Below are positions 50,301 to 63,039 of a stretch of DNA of 64,000 bases, piece by piece. Each line of letters opens with the position of its first letter. Positions within the stretch are counted from its first letter, which is position 1. Under the pieces are notes generated by a model, which was not told where the DNA came from, made no database searches, and was given only the letters and a program-made list of their open reading frames with translations. Position numbers and translations under genes: made by a program. Source of the DNA: Bispira polyomma (lineage: Eukaryota); the NCBI GenBank assembly GCA_965649765.1, contig OZ287752.1, positions 65,348,001 to 65,412,000 on the forward strand, written 5' to 3'.

Positions 50301-53300
50301 ATTTCCCAAGTATATCCACAGTGTGACAAGAGATATTTCTTAAATACATATTAGCCAAGAACAGATCACAAAAGGCAAAGTACAGATGAGAATGTTTGAT
50401 CACATAAAAGAATAGTTATTTCAGGTAATCAGTTTAAAGAAGTAATTACACAATCACTGATGCCCATAAAAAAAAATAAAATACTACTTATTTGAGTGAA
50501 CTCTAAATTTATGGTGTACATTTGATCTTTTCCAAATTTAATCTGTCACAATATTGTCGTAAACTGAAATCTAGCAACCATTTTCACAAAATAACACAAA
50601 GCTTTTATAGTTATTGTAGTAATATTTTGAAAGAACACCTGTCTGTGTGCCCTAATGTAAAACAGAAAAGTGGTGTATACTTTAGAAGAGGCCTATATAC
50701 AAAATTCAGTTCTAGCCTTTTCAACAGAAAAGTTGATCCCAGAAACAAAATCTGGCTAGAGTTTGTTTTTTTAACTTGGTGATAAGGGGTCCAAAGAATG
50801 TAATTCGTCCAAGAACATTCCTTGCTAAATTAGCATTCCAGAACATGGGAGCCATGAAACAACCTGGCCAAAGATGAACGATAAATGCTCTAGCCATAGA
50901 AAATCTTGCTCATAAGATTAGTGAAGCCAAAGAATCAAACCCAGATTGTGATCAGACACGATTACTGCTCTAGTCAAAGACTGAAATACACACTGTGGTG
51001 GCTTCATATGAGTGATCCCAATAATCTTCCATACCCTGGTAGTAACCATAGTGACTATGGAATCCCCTGTATGTAGGTGTGTACTCATTGGCAAACATTC
51101 CCAGGTGCCACTTGAAACATAGAAAAATATACACACAAAAGAGATTTACACAACAGATAATAATTTTGAAATTTGTCTGAATAAATTGTTGTGTTTAAAT
51201 GGATCAATCTAATGTTCGCGATCCTTGAGAAGTAGTTTGACAACAAGCCCAATCTTAAATCTGATAAAAAAATTCATGCTTAGTTCTCATCAGGAAAAGA
51301 AAGAAGCAAACATAACAATGCAAAATGTATACATGATACAAGCAGTATTTAGGACCTTTAGGCACCTATAGTTAACTACTACACGGGCGGTCACAATAGT
51401 GGTCGGGTCACAATATTGGTCGATGCACATTTCAATGTGTAAAACGTAGATTCCTAAAAAATAAATTATAGTATTCTGTACTTTAATTCATAGACCTAAA
51501 GTAGCTTTCAATATATATTTCCGTCTGTAAATTTGTTAAAAATGCAACAGACGACATTATGACCCGGCCAACATTGCAACCACCCGTGTACTGTAATCAG
51601 CAACAAGGTACGTGTATAAACAATGTTATGAAATGGTTATATGATACTGAAAAGGTCATAGTTATAGAGTTAAAGAAAATCAGTCACAGCAACAGAAATT
51701 GGATGTGATGAGCCCAAGAAATTGTTTGTCCATTTTGCCAATGCCTTGTTTTGCTATGTAAAAAAGATTGACTAAATGTTCCACCCTCCACCCAACATGT
51801 CAAACGTCTGTTATCCAACGTTAAATGCTTAGATAATCAAAAATTCATAATACAGAAGTTTAAAATTAGACATCGTTTGACAAAATGAGCAAATAACATT
51901 TTGTAAGAAGTGGGACTCGCAAACTTCACCATTTGTATAAAAAAAACACCTTAATTTTGGATAAGAGCGGTGGCACGTGAAAAGGTTAGACTAAACAGAG
52001 TAATAACAAAATATAAACTGCCAACTGAAAAAAAGCAAATTAGGACTACTACTCTACAAGAACTTAGTTAAAAAAATTTCAAACTAGACATTTAGTGTTG
52101 GTGCATAGTAAACCTCAAATCCATACTCAACTCAAGATAGACAGTCTCTAAGTATAAAATCTGTTTCACTGCTTGCATTTAAAACCCATACTTGAATTGA
52201 GTGTTCAAAGTCCTATTAAGATGGCTGGTCAGAAGTGGAGTTTATTTACGTTATGAAAGAGTTTCATAGAGTCAGTATATATATGCATGCTGAGTATGTG
52301 TGTAAGCTTGAGATTATTTTCAGCAATAATGGGCGCAGACGCCATATTCTTCAAAATTGTCAAGCTCAATTCAGACACAAGCTCAAACATCCGTCCCCAA
52401 TACTTCTGGCTAGTCAGAAATTGGGATAAAAAATCTAAATAATTAAAATCAGCAGTAGGAGCTCTTCCAAAAACAATTGGCCGGAATCATAGGTTATTTC
52501 CAGATAGAGTTACTTACATAATAGAAGGGACAGAAAATAGAATAATAATTAAAGCATTTATAGAGCCCCTAATTGATGAAAAAAACATCCTCTAAGGCGC
52601 TAGAAAAGCTGTTTTTGTGTAAAACAATAGGAAAATATGAATTTGGGAGAGCGGAAGTGTGTTCTTAAATTCAAATATCAGGAAAGTTTGGTTAATCAAA
52701 GGGGCTACCATACAAGGAATATTACTTTATTTGAATACCAGTTGTTCTTTTGGTTTTTCTTGAGCATATTGGGCTCAGGAGCCGTATTCTCCAAACATCT
52801 CGTGCTTAACACAAGCTTGAATCAAAGGTACATATATATCTGGCTAGAGTCAACATAGATAAAATCTGACTATGTATTTGACTTAAGTGTTGAAGGCTCT
52901 ATTAAAATGAATGGTTACAAGTAGAGGTTATTTTCATGTAAACTAATAACAGTTAATCTTTAGTTGAGTTGAGTCCGAGTTGAGCTACTTTGCAGAATAT
53001 GGGCCCAGATATCTAAAATATAGAAAATGGTAAGTATGGCTTCTAGCATAGGTTAGTGGTCATACTGTGTTTCCTTCTTGGCAGGTGTGATCCCAGTAAT
53101 CTTCCTTCCCCGTAAAGTATCCATAGTGGGAATGAAATCCACGCTTGGTTGGTGTGTACTCCTCTGCAAAGAATCCTAGATGCCACTGTGTATATAGAAA
53201 GCTTAATAAAGTAAACTCTGTACAATAACTGGAACATTCAGTATCCATGGATAATATGAATGTTACAATGGATAATAGACAATATTAATAATTTAAGTTT

Positions 53301-56300
53301 TTATATGTCATATTTTTGTTAAGGAGAATTCAGTGTAAACAGAGGATGGACACTATTAAATAATATTATTAATAATGACAATATAAGTATTTAAATGTCG
53401 TATCTTCCTGATGACTTGGAATTCAGTGTAAATAGAGGGTTGATAATATCACCAGTAATAATATCATTAATAATGACAATAAATGTATTTAAATGTCATA
53501 TCTTCCTTAAGGGGAATTCAGTGCGGACAGAGAACATTTAGCTCTGATATAAAAAGGCTATCGGGTACTGATGATGACCTGCACTAAGTTGTAGAACACA
53601 TGATTGGGTGATTGATTTGGTTGTTGCACTTTAGAAGATGCCTCGCAAGGCTCGCCATAATAAAGTGCATTAAAAATTATATAATACAATACAATTCAAG
53701 AGGGTAAGAGTAGCGAAAGCAAAATGTTTAGTGAACTATTTATAGGATTTATGTTTCCTTGCCTTGTAATTTGGAACTAGTAGTAGCCTTTAGTTTGGGT
53801 TATTCAGTTTTTATTCTTGGGGGAAGTAATTTCTTTATGTAGGAACTAGGCAGACTTACATGTATGCGATTAGAACTACAGTAATATGAACCAGACCATC
53901 ACTTTTACTAATAACCGGTCTATTAGTCTAAGGTACAAAGATGTGTGAATATATAGGAGTAGTGATGTACTCAATAATACAGCAGGGAAATTGCAATAAC
54001 CTAGGTGACTGTTTACTTGTGCATTAACAAGTATGGTATAAATATCCCAATCAGCGTTTACCTCTTAACATATATTACTCTTTCAACAACCAAAAACTAT
54101 TGGAAATTTTCACGACCAGGAAGTTAAGAGTTGTATTCCAGCTAAAATATTAGTGATACATGGAATAATACGTTAAATTTATTATCCCATGATAGATGAT
54201 CTACTCCTTCACTTTGTTCATTTAGTTTGAAACTTAAAAATTACTTGTTCAGTATGGCTTACGACATTAGTCGTTCAGTCGTTTAGGTTAAGACCCTTTT
54301 CTGTCTAATAGCCATACAAAAACTAAATTACAGTTGGATAGTGACAATCTACAGCATATTAGATCTGGAAACTGTTTGGACTGTCGAAAAGCACAAAATA
54401 ATAGCTTTCTGGTGATACAAAAATGAAAATTTAGGGTTAAATATTGATAAAGGTACAGCCATTCAATGCGGTAAATATTAAGTAAAATTATTTTTTTCTG
54501 CAGGATATTTTCGCGACACCAATTCATCGATGTTGAGATTATGTGCAGCTTATCCGACGGCTGAGAAAATCTTAACTAAACCAGAAACTTTTGCAAACAC
54601 CATTTTGGTATAATCCAAATAATAATCCATTAAGTTTATGAGTTGACATATTTTACTGCTTATTATTGAGCATGCAGTTTATATCAACTGTGTGCTTGCA
54701 TATGGCAAGTTAGAACGAAGTACACAATATATATACTTCAAAATCCCAAATAAAAAGTTTAAAACAAACGAAACCATTTATGACTATTGAGAGAATATAT
54801 CATTAAATTTTGGAATCCAATTGTCATTGTTTTAGTTTGAATCTTCTATTTTCAAAGACGGACATTTTTTGTAGCTGTTTCCGGAAATGATTAAAGAAAT
54901 CATAAGAAGGTTCTAGGTCAGAATACATTAGGAAGAGGTATCGATCGTTTCACTGCGCATGCTCAGAAGATTAAGTGACCTTACTACGTACTCTAAATTC
55001 ATGAAATTCATTCACAAAAACAACAAAAACTATCCATAAATGAACCAGCTGATGAGATCGTTCTAGAAATCCAGAAACCGGAAATGGGCAATAATAGACC
55101 CTTCAATCAAAGCTCATGATCCCTAAACAGAAAATGGCTATTTCTGACTTATTTCTAGCTGTATTGACACCAAATTAAAATTGGACCGTCACTGAAACAG
55201 ACTCCATATGTATGCCAAATATGAAAGCTGAAATCTTTGTAAGTTCAGACATTACCCTGTCGACATAAAATAACCATGGTTAACTTAATTTTCCCACTAT
55301 ATCCCCCCCACGCCCCCCTCTTTCCATAGGAAAGCATGTTTATGCCAATAAGCATTAGCATAATCATGCAAAAACTATTTTACACAGTAAAAAAACAATG
55401 TATGGTACAAAAATAAATACTATATATTATTGACTTATTCAAAGCACTAAGACCAATTCTAAGCCTAGATTATTATATTAGACATTATATGTGTTAAATT
55501 TGCCATTTTTTAAAGAGAATATGCCATTTAGACCAATTTAGTACAAAGCCACTGGAATATAAAATAGTGGGCCAGTATAAGTGAGCACAGATATCTCTAT
55601 AAGAGAAGCTCAGGTTAATAAAGCAACATTATCTACTCTTATACACAAACAAATGTATTAATATTACTATATTAGGAAGTATTATGCAGTTGAACCCCTT
55701 TGAGTGGACCTCTGTTCACTGGAATTCCTTATTATGTTGACTGACAAAAATCTGTAGTCCCACAAATGCCTTTTCTTTTTAAATCTAGACTGTTAAAGTG
55801 GAAATCTTGCTTAAGTAAAGAGGTTAAAATGTATATACAGTAGAACACTTATTATCCAAACTTCTATTATCCAAATATTCAATTTTTTCACTGTCCTAAA
55901 TCTATGTTTTGCTCTTTTCTATTCTCCCAAATCTATGTTTTCTTATTGTTTCGTACAGAAATGCCTCTTCTATTTTATGAACCTTTCTATTACCCAAACA
56001 AAATCTTGCTTCGACAACATGTTTGGATAATAGAGGTTCTACTGTACATATACACTTGTAATTATTATGAATAATTAAATAGTAATACATATGCATATAT
56101 ACATGTATATAGCACTTTGGCTCTCACAATTTAGCGAAACAACTAGTCTTACTTACAGAATACAAAGTTATGCACAAATTATATATAGTCAGCAAAGTTT
56201 GTTCATGAAGTTAACAATCAGTGTGAAACATCAAACTTGTTTATTCTTCCACATTAAAAACTACCAAATTAACATAGAAACAATTATTCAATCATAGAGA

Positions 56301-59300
56301 TATGAAAATGTGTGAAAATTCATACGTCTGTATATATATATGCAGACTGCTTTTAAATTAATTATGATTATTAATTGACAAACCTTGTCAAGCAAAGCTA
56401 GGTGATTAAAATTAAACAAAAAATTACAGACAACAATATTTATCATGTACAGTAGACTCTGTATAACTAGAACGTCCATTATCCACAGGATTTGGTTCTA
56501 GTTATAGCTAACTTCTAACTATACCTATGAAAATACAGCATTTCCTGGTGTTGAAACCTCAAAACCAGTTCCAGTTATACCTAAATTTGACTTGAAATGG
56601 TTCTATCTATACAGAGTCTACTTTATAACAAAATTGACTTTAAACTTAAGTACAATGTCAAAATTTGATACTGTTTGCAGCTTTATTATTTTCAAATAAG
56701 GTTGCTTTAAACGAGAGGCCATATTTAAATAATTAATGTGAACTTTCAATCAAATAATGCGAACACTTTATGGTATACTGTTTATTTTATTTTGTAGATA
56801 ATAATTTCATTCAATTTAAACACATCTTGAAACTTAGTATTTTTTAAGATAATATACGTCACATGGTTGACCATACATTAATAAAAGGTTAAATTTTCAG
56901 TGAACTTCATTTGCACTGCAACAATTCAAACTATCGAATTTCTGACATTTTTACCTCTACCAAGAGGGTTATGTTTTGCCTGTGTGCAACTGTGCATTGG
57001 TTAGTTTATCACTAAGACTATTCACAGCGATTGAATTCTTCCAGGCAAGTGGACTAAATTGGAAGAAATGGAAGAAACTGAAAGTGCTGAGGAATATTAC
57101 CATGAAAAATCAGTTAATTTGAGGAAATATGAAGAAAAACATTCTTTAGGTAACTAACATGTATAGTGATGGATAAATGTACACAAAAACAACTGATCTG
57201 CTGATTTAAATGATATTTTTGGCACTCAAGGGCATTGTCGGAAGTGTGCTCTCTGAGTGCATTTTTAGTTGTTTATGGTATAGCATAAGGAGAACCCTAC
57301 CTTTCCTACTATATGTGACTTGTATCCAAGTTTATTGAGGTATTGAGGTAAGACAGTTTCATTGAGTGGCAATCCATATTTTGCCGAACCAACAATCACA
57401 CCAGATTGAAGCCCTGGACATTTAAAATAAATAGCAATGGTTAAGTATTCACATTAATGTTGATGTTGGTTTCTGATTATTGCTATCAGCAGAAACAAAA
57501 GAGTAGCCCAGGGGGCCACTTTGGCAGATACTGCAGGGGATTGTTTGATAGATGTTTGTATTAGATGAAAGTGTTGCTTGATAAAAATGTGAGGTATGGT
57601 GATTTTGTAGGGGTAGGTTGTAGTTATTATGTTTGTTATTGTTTGTCGTCAAAATCGTAAAATTTGTGAAAAGTTGTCATAGATCCTAAACAAGTTACCT
57701 GTGGGCCAAAAATGAGGTCGAAATGGCTCCATCTCGCACTGTTTACGAGATAGCGGACGTTTCCGGAAAAGACTCAGAAATTCAAGATGATTGTAAAATT
57801 TGTAAAAAGTTGTCATTGACACTGAATAAGAAAATCTGTGGGCCAAAAATTAGGTTGAAATCGCTCTATCTCACACCATTTACAAGATAGCTGACATTTC
57901 TGGAAAAGAGGCACAAATTCAATATGGCCACCAAAATTGTAAAATTTGTGGAAAGTTGTCATAGCCCATAAACAGGATACCGTGTGGGCCAAAAATGAGG
58001 TCGAAATCGCTTCACCTCGCACTGTTTACGAGATGGCGGACATTTCCGGAAAAGACGGGGCAATTCAAGATGGTTGCCAAAATTGTAAAATTTGTAAAAA
58101 GTTGTCATTGACACTGAATAAGTAAACCTGTGGGCTGAAAATGAGGTCAAGATCGCCCTATCTCACACCATTTACGAGATAGCCAACATTTTTGGAAAAG
58201 AGGCACAAATTCAATATGGCCACCAAAATTGTAAAATTTGTGGAAAGTTGTCATAGCCCATAAACAAGATACCGTGTGGGCCAAAAATGAGGTCGAAATC
58301 GCTTCACCTCGCACTGTTTATGAGATGGCGGACATTTCCGGAAAAGATGAGACAATTCAAGATGGCCACCAAAATCGTAAAAAACTTGTCATAAACACTG
58401 AACAAGATACCTTGTGGGTCAAACATGAGGTCCAACTCGCTCTATCTTGCACTGTTTATGAGATAGCGTTACAGGCAGATTGTGTAACTTGTGCAACTTT
58501 CCAATTCCCCCCTCCACCCTCTATAGCACAAGTATCAACACACATGCAGCTTACGTACAAACCAAAGACAAGTGGGATGAAGAGGTAGCTGGAGAGGAGG
58601 ATTCACATAAGTGCCAAATAAGTTAAGAAATTTTAAGTCCATGATCACAAATTTCGAAACACCAGCAACTGCACACTAAATAAAGTAACCCTACCAAGTT
58701 TCAGGCTGAAAATCACTTTTATTCTTGAAAACTTTGCTGTCCTCAATGGTTGCTAGGCAATACAGCCTCCAGATATCTATCATATGATTGTAAAACAGCA
58801 TAGCAAAAGTGACGCGTCTGTCGTAGAAAAAACACGAACTATGACAACAGAATGCCTAAGAAAAAATAAAATTAGCTATCATTGAAAACATTTTAAAAGT
58901 GGAGACATTAACAAACTGCAATCTGGAAGTCTTAAAGTTTCATGCTGAAATTTGAATTATGCAGTACCTGAAAAGAAGAAAATAAAGAAGTCAATGAAAT
59001 CAGTTTATAAGTTTTATCGCAAAGTTTCCAACTAATCATCCGCTAATCTGATAACAAACTTAATGTAATACACTAATATTAATCACCAAATTTTAGCCTT
59101 AATAATTCAAATAAAAATATCACCAGTTGTCTTGTGTATCACATCAATTGATCAATTGAAGAAAATGCTTATATTAATAATTCTACTATTTATCCTTAAA
59201 GCAAACTTCTGGACCCACCATATTCTCCAAAGACACTGAAGCTTAAACTTGTGCCTACTTCCTCAAGTGCTATGTGGAAGTTCTTTGATAGATGAACTTC

Positions 59301-59904
59301 AATAACTTGTACAGTAGAACCTTTATCATCTATCATTACTTCTATTATCCGAATATTCAATTCTATGAAATCATTTTCACTATACCAAATTTAAGTTTTC
59401 CTATTATTTTATAAGAAAATGCCTCTTGTAATTCATGAACCTTCTACTACCCAAACAAAATCTTGCTCTCCCAGCATGGTTGGATAATACAGGTTCTACT
59501 GTACTTCTTTTCAGCACTAAAGTCAAGTATAAAGTCAGATTTTACTAAACTTTTCTTTCCCCAGAGAAATGGTGATCTAACAGTTTAGCTTAATCTTGAT
59601 TTGAGATTGATGTTTTTGAGAATACAGCCACCAACATCTTGAGTCCTGATTGCATTGCATTAGTCAGAATATTGCTTCTGAACAAAAAGGCACTTAAATT
59701 TCCTGTTACAAAGATGCAATTATTTTAGCCCCTTGAAATGAGAGTCAGCAATAAATAAGATTATACTGCATCACTTGTCTCTGCCTCTTACCTTGCCAAT
59801 GATATGCGACTTATATCCCAATTTGTTCAGATATTGTGGCATGACTGTTTCATTCAGTGGTAGACCATATGGTTCTGACCCCAAGATAACACTATGCTGC
59901 AAAC
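36232..59904 (-). CDS. ARSB: Arylsulfatase B/I/J-like gene, 3' part; exons 59904-59792, 53185-53066 or 51110-50994, 48490-48365, 44132-44006, 43440-43287, 40229-40127, 38751-38635, 37565-37423, 36667-36232; N-terminal exons (CxPxR) lie beyond the window
   Basis: GT-AG exons with matching phases give GLQHSVI...GYKSHIIGK|WHLG...RGFHSHYGY...|...KYSTELFT...|[12 protein letters not shown]...|[12 protein letters not shown]...FSTDNGG...PLR|[13 protein letters not shown]...|VIDWLPTLL...DGIDQW...|RTEMLHNID...|...[16 protein letters not shown]...WVPW. The active-site K, H, H, DN and K residues are retained. Confidence 0.93.
39638..40072. mobile_element. MITE, PIF/Harbinger-like TIRs
   Basis: ggggtgggtttcaccaaacctc ... 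gaggtttggtaaaactggtccc imperfect TIRs. Confidence 0.65.
40373..41987. mobile_element. Helentron/HINE-type non-autonomous element, family 2 (contains (AT)n at ~41598-41664)
   Basis: One end is aacaagaggagaatggcctggc..catgttaatgcca; the other is the perfect 16-bp hairpin gcatgattatgccaat-aagc-attggcataatcatgc (41947-41982). The same ends recur elsewhere in the window. Confidence 0.6.
42706..43162. repeat. Recent ~460-bp duplicate of 40168-40635, including a 3'-truncated copy of the arylsulfatase RGTK exon
   Basis: Near-identical sequence (differs in (AT)n length and a few substitutions). It keeps the acceptor but lacks the last ~40 nt and the donor of the exon. Confidence 0.95.
44440..45350. 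repeat. Satellite, ~143-bp unit, ~6.5 copies
   Basis: gaaatcgctctatctagcacc...gagataa...gaaattcaagatggcc recurs at ~44451, 44595, 44739, 44885, 45026, 45170 and 45312. Confidence 0.95.
45858..47675. mobile_element. Helentron/HINE-type family-2 copy nested in the family-1 element (contains (CA)n at ~47243-47305)
   Basis: aacaagaggagaatggcctggcggccatatcatg at 45858 and the same catgattatgccaat hairpin at 47636-47669. Confidence 0.55.
50994..51110 (-). CDS. Arylsulfatase alternative exon A ([39 protein letters not shown])
   Basis: 117 nt, phase 0/0, ttcaag acceptor, gtgtgt donor, no stops. Confidence 0.85.
51382..51588. mobile_element. MITE with TA target duplication
   Basis: ta-cacgggcggtcacaat ... 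attgcaaccacccgtg-ta imperfect TIRs. Confidence 0.6.
52778..53006. mobile_element. MITE, PIF/Harbinger-like TIRs
   Basis: ggagccgtattctccaaa ... tttgcagaatatgggccc. Confidence 0.5.
53066..53185 (-). CDS. Arylsulfatase alternative exon B ([40 protein letters not shown])
   Basis: 120 nt, phase 0/0, acacag acceptor, gtatga donor, no stops. Confidence 0.88.
55838..56044. mobile_element. Tc1/mariner-type MITE (CAGTAGAAC TIR, TA TSD)
   Basis: ta-cagtagaacacttattatccaaac ... gtttggataatagaggttctactg-ta. Confidence 0.8.
57650..58470. repeat. Satellite related to the 44.4-45.3 kb array; ~146-bp monomers alternating A/B
   Basis: (g)ttgtcat at ~57673, 57809, 57955, 58101, 58247 and 58385; shares gaaatcgct...gagat...aattcaagatgg with the other array. 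Confidence 0.9.
59312..59501. mobile_element. Tc1/mariner-type MITE, same family as 55838-56044
   Basis: ta-cagtagaacc ... ggttctactg-ta with shared internal aaatgcctct...atgaacc...cccaaacaaaatcttgct. Confidence 0.8.
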
Positions 59905-60278
59905 CTAGATGGGTGAATCAAATAGTCAACTGTGTCTATATTATAAACCTCTTTATAGGGTACGTGTTGTCTTTGGATTAAGTTTAAGTTTACTTGTGGT
60001 TTTTATATACAGGCAAACTAAAGCATAAGGAATTATAATCAGGGTATTTTGCCAAAGGTGGTTGCTGAATACTCTTATACAGGTTTCACTGTTTTTATAG
60101 TGACCAGATTTAGAAAAGTAATCATTTTAAATAAATCAAAATACATTAATAGGAATGAATATATATTTTCACTGGTATTTTCTGATGCGGATTTTGGAAA
60201 TCAATATCCAGCTATTCCATCAGGTTTAATCAATGTCATTGTTAAAAATAGAAACAAATTAACTTTTCATGGGTATAA

Positions 60279-60500
60279 TTTATACGAAACATTTATATAG
60301 TGTGACTTGATAAATGCATCCTCGCAGGCAGTTGTTCTTTAAGAAGAGACAGCCCTACAAAATAGCATTAGTCATCATCAGTTGGTGATAGTATCCACCT
60401 CTCACCCAATGATGTTATCCCTCAATAATCATTAAGGTATTACCTAGAGTCAAACTGGAGACCTTTCGATTACCAGATCAAAGCCCTAATCACCAAGCCA
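60279..60500 (-). mobile_element. Degenerate tRNA-derived SINE
   Basis: Minus strand tggcttggtgattagggc (A-box-like) ... cagtttgactct (B-box-like). Confidence 0.4.
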
Positions 60501-63039
60501 AACGTCTGATTAAAAATGGTATGGAAAATGGTGAACCATCAGGGGTACTGAAATCAAAGCATTTTCGAGGACAGAAAAATCAGTCTACAATAACTTTTAT
60601 TATTGCTCACGGCTTTTATTTTTCATTAAAATTAAATATTAAACAAATAAATGGTACTTGCTTCTATTGGGGGTTTTTGCCTTTTGTCATTTTATAACAG
60701 AGTCGTGAAGTGTTGTCCCATTATTTTACTGCATATTCAACTTCATAGTTATAAATTTGAAGTCCATTTTTCGAGTCGAATCGTGGTTATATGGATTTTC
60801 ATTACCAGAAGCAAATTAAAACCAGCAATATTTTCATTGACTAGGTTTGTATTCTCTGATTGGCCACAGAAATACTCGTTACTACACCCCATTTATAAAA
60901 TCCGACCTGTGATCTAAACGTCTGGATACCCAAAGGTACAGTGTCTAGTATCTTCTATTTTCTCTCACGCTGTATGAAAATGCTACGGCTGTGAAATTAG
61001 AAATAAAATACCTTATTTGAGGAAATCACTCCAAACCTTCTACTTCATAGATATAAGCAATTGTTTGATGTCCATTTTAAAATATTTCTCAAACTTCAGT
61101 TTCTAACAGATCACAGCTCATTTTCATTAACTGGGTTTGCATTCTCTGATTGACCATAGAAATACTCTTTACTACACCCAATTCATAAAAACAGACCTGT
61201 GATCTGAACATACCGCCATTTCGGCCAATTCTGCCATTTTATATACGAGAAAGACGATATAAAAATTGTGAGACTTTTTCAACAGCAATAGTTTAGCCGG
61301 GTATTTGGTACTTTTAGCCAAAATATGTCTATCTCTGTGAGTATGGGACGGAATGTAATTTTGTAAAGAGTTTCAGAAACTGTAGAAATTAGTTTTTACG
61401 GACATTTTAATCTTCAAATTGTAGCTTTACTACTGACTTCATTGGAAACAGAAACGTGGGTGCAATAAATACCTCAAAAATGAAGTCTACAAAATAATAC
61501 AAATACTCGATGGCAGTGAAAATAATGAGAAAAATTAGCAATAAAATACCTAAAATAAGTTAGTCAAGGAAATCACTCCAAACCTTCTACTTTATAGATA
61601 CCTTTCACAGACATTATTTGTCTGGAAATCCCAGTCATTTTCGTTTACGGCTTAGGAACTTTTAGACAGCACTTTTAGAAATACCATTTTTGTGTTTTCC
61701 TAGTCATCCTTTTATATAATGTGATCTTTTATTTTGAACCCAGAAGCGAAAATGCAAGCTTTCAAAGTACTAAACTGCCATTTTCATTTTTTGCCATAAA
61801 TCAGCTGTTTCCGAAAATATCAAACAAAAGACCATGCCTTCAAAGGCAGACAATGGAATGACGTTACTGCACACTGCAAGTTTGTGTGCAATTTCGGAAT
61901 TACAAAAATAAGCTCTTCTTTAACCCTAAAACTATAAATATCCCTAAATTATTTAATAATTTGCATTTAATATGTTAACTACTTACAATAGCTCAAATAT
62001 GAAAGCATATATTCTGAAGCAAATGGATGTTATCGGTTTACTCTTTTGGAACTACTTGCATTTTAAAATTGCATACAACTATTCCAAGTTTTGGTTTTAA
62101 TCAGTACAACTATCTCCAGTAAACATCTTCGTGAAAATAAATGAGCAAGAGGTTATTATTCGCATCACTGCGCATGCTCGGAAGATCACGTGACTTTACT
62201 CCGTACTCTTCTTTCATTCACAAAAATATCCATCAATAAAACAGCTGATGAGATCACTTAATTTATTCTTGCAAAGACGGAAAATAGACTAGAAGCCTAG
62301 AACAAGTGAATGATGTCACAGTCTAAAATTGGCCTACAGACCTGTCGCTTTTGAGTGTTAAATGCCTGAAAAATGGCTGTACCTCTCTGAATTCTAGCTG
62401 AATTTACACAAATTTACAAACAGCCCTTTTGTAAAACAGACTCCACATGTATGCCAAATATGAAAGCCGAGCTCCTTGTAAGTTCTGAAATTATGTTGTC
62501 CCAATATTGTTGCCAACGGCAACCAGTCCATTAACTTTCATCATGATATCAAATTAGAGGGGATTCCCACCGCCCCCCCCCCCCACCCCCCCAATTTAAA
62601 AATGCTTATAAAAAACCCACAAAATTGGTTTTGGTAAATAAACCTAAAGTTTATATTTTCTTCTATACATACAACATTTGAAACATTGTCAATTAAATAT
62701 CTTGCTCTTTTATTTGCACATTAACTAGAGTAACGATTAGCCATATGTGAAAAATAGAAGCTGTACATCAAGGGCCTATTTACACAGAAAATAATTGTTT
62801 TATTACAAAGGATTGTGTAGGTCTTTGCTTCAGCTGAAAAAAAAACATTCATTTTGGGGGGTTAAAATTTGTCCTGAACAATCAATATGTGCAGCTAAAA
62901 TATTCACGTGCATTACTGAAAATATCTGATGATTCAGTAAAAGAGAATTAACTACAAGATACATTATATACATAAGCAGAACACAGTAGCGGAAAATAAA
63001 TGATTGATGATTCAGTAAAAGGGAATTAACTACAAGATA

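Noticed and set aside
55045-55090. ctgatgag...gaaac as a second hammerhead ribozyme (a similar ctgatgag lies at ~62245)
   Set aside because: No convincing stems I-III could be formed; it lies within a dispersed repeat.
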